Shown in pieces: positions 15,590 through 24,314 of a stretch of DNA of 32,188 bases. Position 1 is the first letter of the stretch; each line of letters begins with the position of its first letter. The notes under the pieces were generated by a model. The model worked only from the letters and a program-made list of their open reading frames with translations. It did no database searches and was not told the DNA's origin. This DNA is from a virus (taxonomy: Duplodnaviria > Caudoviricetes). The position numbers were made by a program, and so were the translations under genes. The stretch is from IMG/VR virus record IMGVR_UViG_3300022074_005601, positions 1-32,188 of that record; one strand, written 5' to 3'.

Positions 15590-16657
15590 ATGCCCCCTAG
15601 AAATCATATGAATTGGATAAAACAACCTAATATAGAATACATCTCAAGTGAGTGTTACAATAACGCAGAAATATTTGAACAGGAACAAAAAGAAATATTC
15701 AGTAAAGTCTGGATACCCGTATGTCATATCAGCGAGATGTACGAAAAAGGAAACTACAGAACAACACAAATAGCAGGACAAAATGTTATTGCATACAATA
15801 CAGGTGAACTTGGTGCAAGAGCATTTATCGATAATGGGCCCCAGATGCCTTCTGGCAAATTGTGGAACGATTCAACCTTTGGTAAAGAACTACACTGTGA
15901 AGTAAAACATGGAGGAATGGTATGGGTCACGCTAGATTCTAATCCATCGCAGTCAGTTGAAGAATGGACTGCTGGTGCGTTTGAATGTATCGCTGATGCA
16001 ATTGATACCGAAGAAATGGAAGTCTTCCATTACCACAAAGCTATCATTGATACAAATTACAAATTGTGGCATGATACAAACAGTGAATTCTATCATGACT
16101 TTATGCATTACTTCAACAGAGTATCAGGATTCAATGATGAATATTTTGCTCGTAAGAACATTCCGTTTGACAATGGTCATGTTAATGTTAGTAGCTTTAC
16201 TGTTAACTATGAAGAGTATGAAGGCTTTGACGATAGAGGTGAATTATCCTTTCCTAACTTGCCACCCAATCAATGGTACATGGTTGACTTGTTCCCAGGG
16301 TTCAATTTTAACTTACGTGGGAGCGCATATCGTAGCGACTCAGTAACTCCTCTTGGTCCAAACAAAGTGCTTATTGAGTTCCGCGGATATGGACTTCGTA
16401 AAGATACAAAAGAAGAAAGACTGACTCGGATTAAGCATCATAACTCAATCTGGGGTCCTTTTGGACGTAACTTACATGAAGATCTAATAGGTGTTGCAGG
16501 TCAAGGTACAACAATGCGTGAAGGAACAGAAGCAAGAAATATTTTGCATGGCCGGCATGAAAACGGAACCATTCATGATGAAGTGGGTATGAGGCATTAC
16601 TATAGTGCGTGGGGTGATATGTTAGGAGTGAATCCAGCAAGGCCGCTTGCTGCATAG
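15590..16657 (+). CDS. msmA: ring-hydroxylating oxygenase alpha subunit, methanesulfonate monooxygenase MsmA-like, lacking Rieske ligands
   Basis: EQKEIFSKVWIPVCHISE; NYKLWHDTNSEFYHDFMH; LFPG; TPLGP; HEDL. There is no CxH...CxxH. The family call is strong; the msmA subfamily call is from recall. Confidence 0.7.
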   Translation: MPPRNHMNWIKQPNIEYISSECYNNAEIFEQEQKEIFSKVWIPVCHISEMYEKGNYRTTQIAGQNVIAYNTGELGARAFIDNGPQMPSGKLWNDSTFGKELHCEVKHGGMVWVTLDSNPSQSVEEWTAGAFECIADAIDTEEMEVFHYHKAIIDTNYKLWHDTNSEFYHDFMHYFNRVSGFNDEYFARKNIPFDNGHVNVSSFTVNYEEYEGFDDRGELSFPNLPPNQWYMVDLFPGFNFNLRGSAYRSDSVTPLGPNKVLIEFRGYGLRKDTKEERLTRIKHHNSIWGPFGRNLHEDLIGVAGQGTTMREGTEARNILHGRHENGTIHDEVGMRHYYSAWGDMLGVNPARPLAA

Positions 16658-16668
16658 GATGTTGTTTT

Positions 16669-16902
16669 ATGGTCCATGTATTTTTATTGATGCTGTACCT
16701 TGGCACAGGTGATGATAGGCGACTAATGTCAGCTGATATGTATTTCAGAGATATTAATGAATGTAATTACTTTGCTCAGCGGTTAGCTAAAAGATATGGT
16801 AATTATCAATACATTGATTATATGGATGCAAGAGACAGAGCAACAGTGTATTGTTTGCCTAAGTATGTAGAAGAAGGCGCTGGTGTAAAAATATACGACT
16901 AG
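16669..16902 (+). CDS. hypothetical protein
   Basis: Hydrophobic start, two Cys (ECNYFA, VYCLP), AGGA RBS. Confidence 0.75.
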   Translation: MVHVFLLMLYLGTGDDRRLMSADMYFRDINECNYFAQRLAKRYGNYQYIDYMDARDRATVYCLPKYVEEGAGVKIYD

Positions 16903-16915
16903 ACTTCCGTATTGT

Positions 16916-16923
16916 TATAAATA
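16916..16923 (+). promoter_or_regulatory. T4-type late promoter
   Basis: Exact intergenic TATAAATA. Confidence 0.8.
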
Positions 16924-16953
16924 CTGGTAATATTATTTTCTATGGGGAAACTG

Positions 16954-17232
16954 ATGGCCGAAAATACTAATACGAGACTAGATCGTATTGAGGACAAACT
17001 TGATAAATTGGCCGATGCTATGGTAGCCATGGCTCGTGCTGAAGAAAAGATTAATGCGTTGCAAGATGATCATAATAAAATGTATGAGAGGATGAATAGA
17101 TTCTCTCAGAAACTAGACGATATAGAAACTAAAGTCAATGAGAACCATAGAACAGTGAAATTCATGAACAAATTGTTCTGGGTAGTTGTAGTAGCAGCTG
17201 CCGGTGCTATTACAACAAACATGTGGATGTAG
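16954..17232 (+). CDS. coiled-coil protein with C-terminal TM (holin/XhlA-like architecture)
   Basis: RLDRIEDKLDKL heptads, then FWVVVVAAAGAI; the GGGG RBS supports ATG 16954. Confidence 0.65.
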   Translation: MAENTNTRLDRIEDKLDKLADAMVAMARAEEKINALQDDHNKMYERMNRFSQKLDDIETKVNENHRTVKFMNKLFWVVVVAAAGAITTNMWM

Positions 17233-17240
17233 AGGGTAAC

Positions 17241-18323
17241 ATGCAAGAAAAAATGTCATCTAAAGAAAAAATGAAAAAGGGGTTATACAACTCCAAGATG
17301 GATCCGGTCGGTCAAGCTGATAAAGATATTGACAACGACGGTGATGTCGATAAGTCTGATAAGTATTTGCACAATCGTCGCAAGGCTATCTCTAAGAATA
17401 TCAAAAAGAACAAAGGTGAGACGGCAATTATGAATCCCAAAATGAATACTGCTAAGGGAAGCAAAGATGGTGAAATGGAAGCTAAAGAATCAAAAGATTT
17501 GGATACTGCCAATGCCACAAAAGCAATCAAACATGATTGTGCATCTCATGTAGAGCATGCAGAGTGGGGAGCTGGTCAATGTATTTCCGGCCAACACACA
17601 ATTGTAGAAACATCAGATGGTGAAGGTTATGTTACTCACTACGATGTTATGTTTGAACATGGCATTGAGAAAGATGTTCCTGTTGCAGAAATGAAAGTTA
17701 TTAAGTCTTCGAGTCATGGCCACATGAGAAAGAAAAAACCAGCTGAGCAAAAGGAATCACGTATTCGTCAAGCTCTTAAAGCTGTTCTTGAAGCTGAAAA
17801 CCATAGTCCAAATAAAGATAAGTCTGAGAAGCCAGAAGATGCTCTCAAAGGTGGTGGTGCAAAACAAATGGCTGCTGATATGAAAGGTCCTACAGTGGAC
17901 ATTGAAACACAGAGTCATGATGATGCGGCTAAAGCTGGACGTGCAGGTCCTGGTAGAAAGATGCGGTCTAATGATAACAAAGCTGGAGACAGTAAAGTTA
18001 TCAATCAGCCAGTTGATGCTACTAAGAGTGCCAAAGGTGATGCAATGGTAAAGTCAGAAAGTTATGACAACCTCTCACCATTGAAGTCAGCTTACGAGTC
18101 AATGCAGCCCCATGTAATTACACTTGAAGATCTTGATGAATCTATGTTGGGTCATAGTGATGCAGAAAAACTGAATGGCGGTAAATCAAAAGATTCTAAC
18201 TTTAAGTCAGCAGCTTCACATATTGATTATCATCACAGACGTTCCGATGGACATCAAAAATCAGGCGGTGACCAAGATCGGCATAGATATCAAGTTGCTA
18301 AGAAACTTGGTTATGACGTGTAA
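17241..18323 (+). CDS. modular late protein with EF-hand-like loop and His-rich domain
   Basis: DIDNDGDVDKSD; HDCASHVEH...THYDVMFEHG; GAGGG RBS before ATG 17241. Confidence 0.7.
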   Translation: MQEKMSSKEKMKKGLYNSKMDPVGQADKDIDNDGDVDKSDKYLHNRRKAISKNIKKNKGETAIMNPKMNTAKGSKDGEMEAKESKDLDTANATKAIKHDCASHVEHAEWGAGQCISGQHTIVETSDGEGYVTHYDVMFEHGIEKDVPVAEMKVIKSSSHGHMRKKKPAEQKESRIRQALKAVLEAENHSPNKDKSEKPEDALKGGGAKQMAADMKGPTVDIETQSHDDAAKAGRAGPGRKMRSNDNKAGDSKVINQPVDATKSAKGDAMVKSESYDNLSPLKSAYESMQPHVITLEDLDESMLGHSDAEKLNGGKSKDSNFKSAASHIDYHHRRSDGHQKSGGDQDRHRYQVAKKLGYDV

Positions 18324-18341
18324 ATAGCTACTAAATAGCTA
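18321..18341 (+). repeat. 10-bp direct repeat containing late-promoter-like CTAAATA
   Basis: TAAATAGCTA-C-TAAATAGCTA. Confidence 0.6.
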
Positions 18342-18342
18342 T

Positions 18343-18708
18343 ATGATGAAAATTGAACTGACTGAAGAAAATCTTTTTCTGTATGCTGCAAAGCATTATT
18401 ATAACCCACAGTTCTCTGATATTGAAGAATTTCATGAGGATTTGAAACGGTTTAAATATATTAAGAGATTAGTTAATCGTTATCTTGAGAATGATGACCT
18501 GGCTGAGAGACTTATTCTCAATCATGTAATTATTATATTCAACGTCTTTGGTATTGAAGCCGCTTTAAACATACTGGAGTTGAAATTAGATAAAAAACAT
18601 TGGCCGGTAGTGAAACCATTCTTAGTGTTCTTGAAATATATTACTAATGAACAATACACAGGTATTTCAATGGACAATAAAGTGGTAGAAATGTTGAGGA
18701 AGATTTAA
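18343..18708 (+). CDS. conserved T4-like phage hypothetical protein
   Basis: LYAAKHYYNP..EEFHEDLKRFKYIKRL..ERLILNH..NVFG pattern recalled from marine T4-like phages. Confidence 0.8.
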   Translation: MMKIELTEENLFLYAAKHYYNPQFSDIEEFHEDLKRFKYIKRLVNRYLENDDLAERLILNHVIIIFNVFGIEAALNILELKLDKKHWPVVKPFLVFLKYITNEQYTGISMDNKVVEMLRKI

Positions 18709-19295
18709 TGGGTTTAGTAAAACAAGCAGCGGACCTTACATATACATTTCGATTCATTCGTATGCTTGTTATGGATTGGAAAAACTGGGATGCGTATAAG
18801 TTAGGTATCATTGATGAAAATGGCAAACGTAATCGTAATGTCAAAATTGACTCTGATGAAAAAAAGTCTGCTTATACTCCTTTCATTCGCTTGTGCGCTA
18901 ACATTAAGAGGCTCACAGGTAAAGTCCCAGGAGGAAGCTCCAAACTTGGATCTTTTGCGTCCGCGCTCTTTCTCATCAAAGAAAAACATAACGTATCACA
19001 CAACAATTTAGAAAAAATAATTAAAGAATGTGGTTTTGATACTTACGACTTTCTATCTGAAGAAAGTCAATGGTTTGTTTTACAAGACAAACAATTATCT
19101 CCTGGAATCTACAGAGTTGCCGATCATAAGCTGTTAAACCATTCATGTGAAGAAATGGTTTGGGCTAAGGATCAAGTTCGTGTGAACGAAGACGCGTATC
19201 CTATTGGAGATGTTTTTGGTATTGACATTTATGAAGCTACTCATGTAAAAACTAATCAATTAGTTTACATATCAATTAACGAGATTTACAAATGA
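18708..19295 (+). CDS. conserved T4-like phage hypothetical protein
   Basis: YTFRFIRMLV..W..DAYKLGIIDENG..YTPFIRL..NIKR; TAATG coupling. Confidence 0.8.
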   Translation: MGLVKQAADLTYTFRFIRMLVMDWKNWDAYKLGIIDENGKRNRNVKIDSDEKKSAYTPFIRLCANIKRLTGKVPGGSSKLGSFASALFLIKEKHNVSHNNLEKIIKECGFDTYDFLSEESQWFVLQDKQLSPGIYRVADHKLLNHSCEEMVWAKDQVRVNEDAYPIGDVFGIDIYEATHVKTNQLVYISINEIYK

Positions 19296-19753
19296 AGACT
19301 TCAGACCTTATCAAAAAGAGTCAAGCCAAACGTGGTGCACCTGGTACTTTGAAAAGAAAAGTAAAAGGTAAGATGACGGTTGCAAAAGCTCAAGCTCTAA
19401 AAAGCAAACCGGGAGCAACGACATTGGATAAGAAACAAGCAAACTTCTTTATTAACATGGCTCGTGCTCGGCGAGAGCAACAGGAAAGTCTTTGGGCTAA
19501 CATTCATGCAAAGAGACGTCGTGGTGAGAAGATGAGAAAGAAAGGTGCGAAAGGTGCACCTACTCCTGATCAGATTAAACGTGCGCAAGCGGCAAGTGAA
19601 GAGATGACTACAACAGCATCAATTCCAAACCCAGCTACTACAGCTATGGGTCCAAGACTAAAGACAACCTATATGCATGACCGCAGAAGAAAGAAAAGCA
19701 CTCTTCCTGTTTTGTTAAAACGATTCAGAAAATATATGGACGATAATGGTTAA
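19292..19753 (+). CDS. highly basic hypothetical protein
   Basis: Lys/Arg-rich modules (ESLWANIHAKRRRGEKMRKKG); ATGA overlap. Confidence 0.7.
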   Translation: MKTSDLIKKSQAKRGAPGTLKRKVKGKMTVAKAQALKSKPGATTLDKKQANFFINMARARREQQESLWANIHAKRRRGEKMRKKGAKGAPTPDQIKRAQAASEEMTTTASIPNPATTAMGPRLKTTYMHDRRRKKSTLPVLLKRFRKYMDDNG

Positions 19754-20249
19754 GTTATATGCACTTATCATAGTAGTAGCAATATTGGGTGGTGTTGGAT
19801 ATGCTGCAAAATATTACTATGACACTACTCAAGCCACTATTGCAACACTAAGAGAAAATAATTCTAAGTTGGAAGTTGCTGTTGATACAGCTGAGGCTAG
19901 TGTAGAAACACTACAAGGTGACATGGCCAAACTAGCATCCTTGAACAAAGGTTTGCAAGAAGATTTACAAAAAGCAGAAGCATATGGTGATGAGCTTAGA
20001 GGAAAGCTAAGCCGTATGAATCTTACTGTTGAAGCATTAAGAGATTCAAAATCATTAGAAGGAAAAATGAATGGTGCGACAGCTAAGCTCTGGCGTGGCT
20101 TCATGGACGATACCGGTAATACTAATGACTACCCTTTTCCTGACTGGTTGCAGCAGGTTCCAACCGGAACCGGAGATCAAAGTGGTGACCAAGATGGAGA
20201 GAGTACAGATACCGGTAGTAGCAAGACCGAAGCCGCTACAGTTAACTGA
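19746..20249 (+). CDS. inner-membrane spanin (Rz-like)
   Basis: N-terminal TM helix and long coiled coil; overlapped by a lipoprotein gene. Confidence 0.7.
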   Translation: MVKLYALIIVVAILGGVGYAAKYYYDTTQATIATLRENNSKLEVAVDTAEASVETLQGDMAKLASLNKGLQEDLQKAEAYGDELRGKLSRMNLTVEALRDSKSLEGKMNGATAKLWRGFMDDTGNTNDYPFPDWLQQVPTGTGDQSGDQDGESTDTGSSKTEAATVN

Positions 20250-20463
20250 CACACAAGTACGTGTTGTTACAAAAGATAATTTAGATGCGTTCCTTCAAGA
20301 GTTTGAGGAGCAGTATGGAGAGGTTGCATTTGTTGTTCTTAGTATGAGGGACTATGAGAACCTAGCTCTGAATATTGCTGACATCAGAAGATTTATGAAT
20401 CAACAAACAGAGATTATAATTTATTACGAAAAAGCAGTAACAGAGGAGCCTACTGATGAGTAA
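20071..20463 (+). CDS. outer-membrane spanin lipoprotein (Rz1-like)
   Basis: Lipobox FLTG-C27, Pro-rich segment, +1-frame overlap with the i-spanin. Confidence 0.7.
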   Translation: MVRQLSSGVASWTIPVILMTTLFLTGCSRFQPEPEIKVVTKMERVQIPVVARPKPLQLTDTQVRVVTKDNLDAFLQEFEEQYGEVAFVVLSMRDYENLALNIADIRRFMNQQTEIIIYYEKAVTEEPTDE

Positions 20464-21046
20464 TTTTATTTTAGAACAACTTATGACATGGTGGCAGTTT
20501 ACAGTAGTTGGTATCTTAATTATCATTGGGTGGATAATCAATAGATTTGATAAAAAGGATACAGGACCAAGAGTAGGATTCTCATATGTAGAAATGCCTC
20601 AGCTGAAACCTCTTCCAATTAAAACTAAGGACAAAGGCTTCTGGGGAGCAATCTGGATGTGGATCACTGGCACTAGACATTGGATGGTTGCACAGGATTG
20701 GGCATATACGGTTGACGGCGAAGATTATGTTATTCCAGCAGGCTTCAAGTTTGATGGAGCATCTATACCAAAGTTTCTTCACACCTGGTTATCACCCGTT
20801 GGTGTGTTGTTAATGGGTGGTCTAGTACACGATTATGCATACAAGTATGAGACACTTTTGAAAGTTAACAAAAAAGAAACTATGGGAGCCATTAATCAAA
20901 AGAAAGCCGATCAAATCTTTCGTGATATTAATATAGATAATAATGGATTTTATTTCCTCAACTACTTGGCTTACTGGGCTTTGAGAGTTGGAGGATTCAT
21001 GGCCTGGAATGGCCACAGAAAAGTAAATGCTAAAATAGATTTTTAG
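20456..21046 (+). CDS. DUF1353-family protein with N-terminal TM
   Basis: IPAGFKFDGASIP, LVHDYAY, ADQIFR, ALRVGG. Confidence 0.85.
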   Translation: MSNFILEQLMTWWQFTVVGILIIIGWIINRFDKKDTGPRVGFSYVEMPQLKPLPIKTKDKGFWGAIWMWITGTRHWMVAQDWAYTVDGEDYVIPAGFKFDGASIPKFLHTWLSPVGVLLMGGLVHDYAYKYETLLKVNKKETMGAINQKKADQIFRDINIDNNGFYFLNYLAYWALRVGGFMAWNGHRKVNAKIDF

Positions 21047-21048
21047 TG

Positions 21049-21077
21049 TAGACTTTATGAATAATAGGTGCTATAAT
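21049..21077 (+). promoter_or_regulatory. sigma70-like (early/middle) promoter
   Basis: TAGACT-17nt-TATAAT with extended TGn. Confidence 0.7.
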
Positions 21078-21105
21078 AATAGCTATTTGAATGAAAGGGT
21101 TAGTG

Positions 21106-21306
21106 ATGAAAGATCAACTAGTTAAAGCAGCCCGCATGCATGCGGAAGGTGAGCTCGAGAGAGCTAAAACAAATGTTATGGTTTACATGAACCAAAGCGT
21201 AGGTATTGGTGAGCATAGTGATATTGTTGAAGCTATTCAAGAAGAGCTTGACAAGATGGCATCAGCTGAAGATCGTATTGAAATGCTCGACAAATATTTC
21301 TCTTGA
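21106..21306 (+). CDS. small conserved hypothetical protein
   Basis: GIGEHSDIVEAIQEELDKM; the AAGGG RBS supports a start at 21103 or 21106. Confidence 0.8.
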   Translation: MKDQLVKAARMHAEGELERAKTNVMVYMNQSVGIGEHSDIVEAIQEELDKMASAEDRIEMLDKYFS

Positions 21307-21323
21307 TCTACGGTAATTTGCAG

Positions 21324-21352
21324 TTTACAAAATCTGCAGATTGATATATAAT
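21324..21352 (+). promoter_or_regulatory. sigma70-like (middle-type) promoter for nrdJ
   Basis: TTTACA-17nt-TATAAT. Confidence 0.75.
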
Positions 21353-21386
21353 ACTATAACTAATCAAAAAAGAGTGGAGAAGTAGG

Positions 21387-23603
21387 ATGGCAACAGCAAA
21401 TGTTGACACTAGGAAGTTTTTGTCCGAAACCAAGTTCTACGAAAGTTATTCCAGATATGTGGAAGACGAAGGTAAATATGAGACTTGGGACGAGGCTGTC
21501 GATCGTGTAATTGAAATGCACGAAGAAAATTATAAAGAAAAGAATAATCAGTTACAACCATATTTCGAAGAAGCGAGACAGTCATATAAGGAACAAAGAG
21601 TTCTGGGCGCGCAACGTGCTTTGCAGTTCGGCGGTGATCAATTAATGAAGCATCAGATGCGTATGTACAATTGTACATCCTCTTATGCAGATCGTCCTGG
21701 ATTTTTTGGAGAGCTGTTCTATATTCTTCTCTGTGGTGCTGGTGCAGGTTTCTCTGTACAAAAACATCACGTAGCAAAACTACCAAAATTACAAGCCCGC
21801 ACAAAGCAGGCTAAAGGATATATCGTAGAAGACTCTATTGAAGGATGGGCTTCAGCACTTGATGTGTTGATGGGTTCTTACTTTGAAGATGGAGGCAAGC
21901 ATCCAGAGTTTGCTGGTCGTAGAGTTTTCTTTGACTTAACTAACATTCGTCCTAAAGGTGCAAAAATCTCTGGAGGTTTCAAAGCACCAGGACCAGAAGG
22001 TCTTCGTCGTTCCCTCGACAAGATCGAACACCTTCTTCAAGGTATTGTAATGGATTCGAAAGAACCAGTGGCTATTAGACCTATCAATGTTTATGATATT
22101 TCAATGCATGCCGCTGATGCTGTGTTGTCTGGCGGTGTCCGCCGCTCAGCAACAATTTGTCTTTTCTCACCAGATGATGAAGAAATGATGAACGCAAAGA
22201 CAGGCAACTGGTTCGTAGACAATCCACAAAGAGCACGTTCTAACAACTCTGCAGTTATTGTCAGAGATGAGACAACACCAGAACAGTTTGGTAAGATTAT
22301 GGAATCTGTCAAACAGTTTGGTGAGCCAGGATTTGTCTTCGTTGAATCAACCGAACATACAACCAACCCTTGTGTTGAGATTGGTATGTTCCCTCAGATT
22401 GATGGTCAGTCTGGTTGGCAAGGTTGTAATCTCACTGAGATCAATGGAGGCATGTGCAATACCGAGGAAGATTTCTATAAGGCATGCCGCGCAGCATCTA
22501 TCCTCGGTACCCTACAAGCTGGGTACACTGACTTCAGGTTTTTAGCTGAAACTTCAAAGTCGATCTTTGATCGGGAGGCTTTGCTTGGAGTATCGATAAC
22601 AGGGTGGATGAACAATCCAGGTATTCTCTTCAATGAGAAAGTTCTGGAAAAAGGAGCTAAGATTGTTCGAGACGTTAACAAAGAAGTTGCCGCCCTTGTT
22701 GGTATTAATCCTGCTGCTCGCACCACTTGTGTTAAGCCAAGCGGTAATGCATCAGTACTTTTACAAACCGCTAGCGGAATACATGCTGAACATTCAGACA
22801 TGTACATCAGAAACGTGCAGATGAATAAAGAATCAGAAATCACACAAGCGATTATGAAATCGAATCCTTGGATGGTAGAAGAGTCTGTTTGGTCTGCAGG
22901 TGGCACAGATGTTGTTGTGTCATTCCCAATTGTTCCGAAAGAAGATTCTATCTATAAGGACGATCTTATTGGAGTCAAGCATCTTGAGCTAGTAAAGCAA
23001 GCTCAGAAACATTGGGTTGATGCAGGAACTAATGTAGAACTGTGTGCAGATGAAGGAGTAAGACATAATGTATCGAATACCATTATTGTTGATGATTGGG
23101 ACGAAGTCGAAAAGTATGTCTTCGAGAACAGACACTCATTTGCCGGTATTTCTTTCCTTCCTATGACAGGAGACAAAGACTATAACCAGGCACCTAATAC
23201 TCAAGTGATCACAGCTCAGACTATGGTAAAGAAGTATGATACAGCTGCTGTGTTTGCATCTGGTATGGTTGTAGACGCATTGAAATGTTTTAACAACTTA
23301 TGGGATGCCTGTTCTACAGCTCAAGGATTTGGAGAAGACCTTTCACTGGAATCCTCCGACAATGCTCTCAAGCAGGATTGGGTTCGTAGGTTCAAAGCAT
23401 TTGCAAACAATTATCTTGAAGGTGATATTAAGCAAGCTGAGTATTGCCTCAAAGATGCATATCTACTTCACAAGTGGAAAAAGATTCAAGCCAATCTAAA
23501 ACAAGTTGATTGGAGTGAAGACCTCATGGAGAAGAAGTACACTAACATTGATACGATTGGTGCTGCTGCTTGTGCAGGTGGGGCTTGTGAAATCGATTTC
23601 TAG
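21387..23603 (+). CDS. nrdJ: class II (B12-dependent) monomeric ribonucleoside-triphosphate reductase
   Basis: YNC, GGVRRSA, SNNS, GEPG, TNPCVEI, CNLTE, TCVKPSG, C-terminal CAGGAC; no nrdB adjacent. Confidence 0.9.
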   Translation: MATANVDTRKFLSETKFYESYSRYVEDEGKYETWDEAVDRVIEMHEENYKEKNNQLQPYFEEARQSYKEQRVLGAQRALQFGGDQLMKHQMRMYNCTSSYADRPGFFGELFYILLCGAGAGFSVQKHHVAKLPKLQARTKQAKGYIVEDSIEGWASALDVLMGSYFEDGGKHPEFAGRRVFFDLTNIRPKGAKISGGFKAPGPEGLRRSLDKIEHLLQGIVMDSKEPVAIRPINVYDISMHAADAVLSGGVRRSATICLFSPDDEEMMNAKTGNWFVDNPQRARSNNSAVIVRDETTPEQFGKIMESVKQFGEPGFVFVESTEHTTNPCVEIGMFPQIDGQSGWQGCNLTEINGGMCNTEEDFYKACRAASILGTLQAGYTDFRFLAETSKSIFDREALLGVSITGWMNNPGILFNEKVLEKGAKIVRDVNKEVAALVGINPAARTTCVKPSGNASVLLQTASGIHAEHSDMYIRNVQMNKESEITQAIMKSNPWMVEESVWSAGGTDVVVSFPIVPKEDSIYKDDLIGVKHLELVKQAQKHWVDAGTNVELCADEGVRHNVSNTIIVDDWDEVEKYVFENRHSFAGISFLPMTGDKDYNQAPNTQVITAQTMVKKYDTAAVFASGMVVDALKCFNNLWDACSTAQGFGEDLSLESSDNALKQDWVRRFKAFANNYLEGDIKQAEYCLKDAYLLHKWKKIQANLKQVDWSEDLMEKKYTNIDTIGAAACAGGACEIDF

Positions 23604-23757
23604 TCCTTGTGTTAACATTTGCACATTGATAGATAGCTACTGTATTGGTTGCGGTAGGTCAACGGATGAGATCCGAGAATGGCTTACCGCAACCGAAACA
23701 AGAAAACAAGAAATCCTAGAAAGGATCAAACTTGGATCAATACAAAATAGAATGTGA
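23587..23757 (+). CDS. DUF1289-family Cys-rich (Fe-S-like) protein
   Basis: SPCVNIC....CIGCGRSTDEIREW; probable GTG start 23587. Confidence 0.85.
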   Translation: MKSISSPCVNICTLIDSYCIGCGRSTDEIREWLTATETRKQEILERIKLGSIQNRM

Positions 23758-23887
23758 AGAGTGTGAAAGCGTATCTCATATCTTTGCATACGATATACCA
23801 GAATTTTGTCCAATGTGTGGACGAAGAGCAGAAGCCGAACATCTTGAAGATATCCAAGATGAATTGAAAGCTGTTTTAGATTACTAA
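23732..23887 (+). CDS. 51-aa zinc-ribbon protein (not in ORF track)
   Basis: TTG start with AAGGA RBS; CEEC...FCPMCG; fills the gap before the next gene. Confidence 0.75.
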   Translation: MDQYKIECEECESVSHIFAYDIPEFCPMCGRRAEAEHLEDIQDELKAVLDY

Positions 23888-23898
23888 TATATACCTGT

Positions 23899-24303
23899 AT
23901 GTGGTATTACAAAAATGAACTATTTGACACAACACCAGAAGACTTTCAAGGGTTTGTCTATCTCATCACCGAGTTGGACACCGACAAAAAGTATCTTGGA
24001 AAGAAGAACTTCTGGAAACCCAAAACCCTCCCCATCACGAAAACACGTAAGAGAAGAGTACGCACGCGTACAGAATCTGATTGGCGAACGTACTTCGGTT
24101 CATCAGCCGAGGTTCAGCGACTTGTTGAGTCAAAAGGTGAAAAGAACTACAAGAGAGAGATTTTGAAGTTATGTAAGACAAAAGGCGAAATGTCTTACTA
24201 TGAAGCGAAACTTCAATTTGAGCACGATGTGCTACTTCGCAATGATTATTATAATGAGTTTATAGGATGTAAAATACATTCCAAACATTTAAAAACTACC
24301 TGA
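23899..24303 (+). CDS. GIY-YIG-like nuclease domain protein
   Basis: GFVYLIT...KKYLGKK, YFGSS, REIL, YYEAKLQF, YYN. Confidence 0.7.
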   Translation: MWYYKNELFDTTPEDFQGFVYLITELDTDKKYLGKKNFWKPKTLPITKTRKRRVRTRTESDWRTYFGSSAEVQRLVESKGEKNYKREILKLCKTKGEMSYYEAKLQFEHDVLLRNDYYNEFIGCKIHSKHLKTT

Positions 24304-24314
24304 AAGGATAGGAA

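Noticed and set aside
15800-15920. Frameshift or intron hiding the missing Rieske motif
   Set aside because: The frame is continuous and the segment is too short to hold the domain; I saw no CxH/CxxH pair
21387-23603. Intein/intron in the RNR, or class I nrdA
   Set aside because: Uninterrupted ORF of normal length with no splice motifs; RTPR-type motifs and no nrdB
23899-24303. Mobile homing endonuclease
   Set aside because: Catalytic-like domain only, with no DNA-binding tail or intron context; more likely a conserved phage gene
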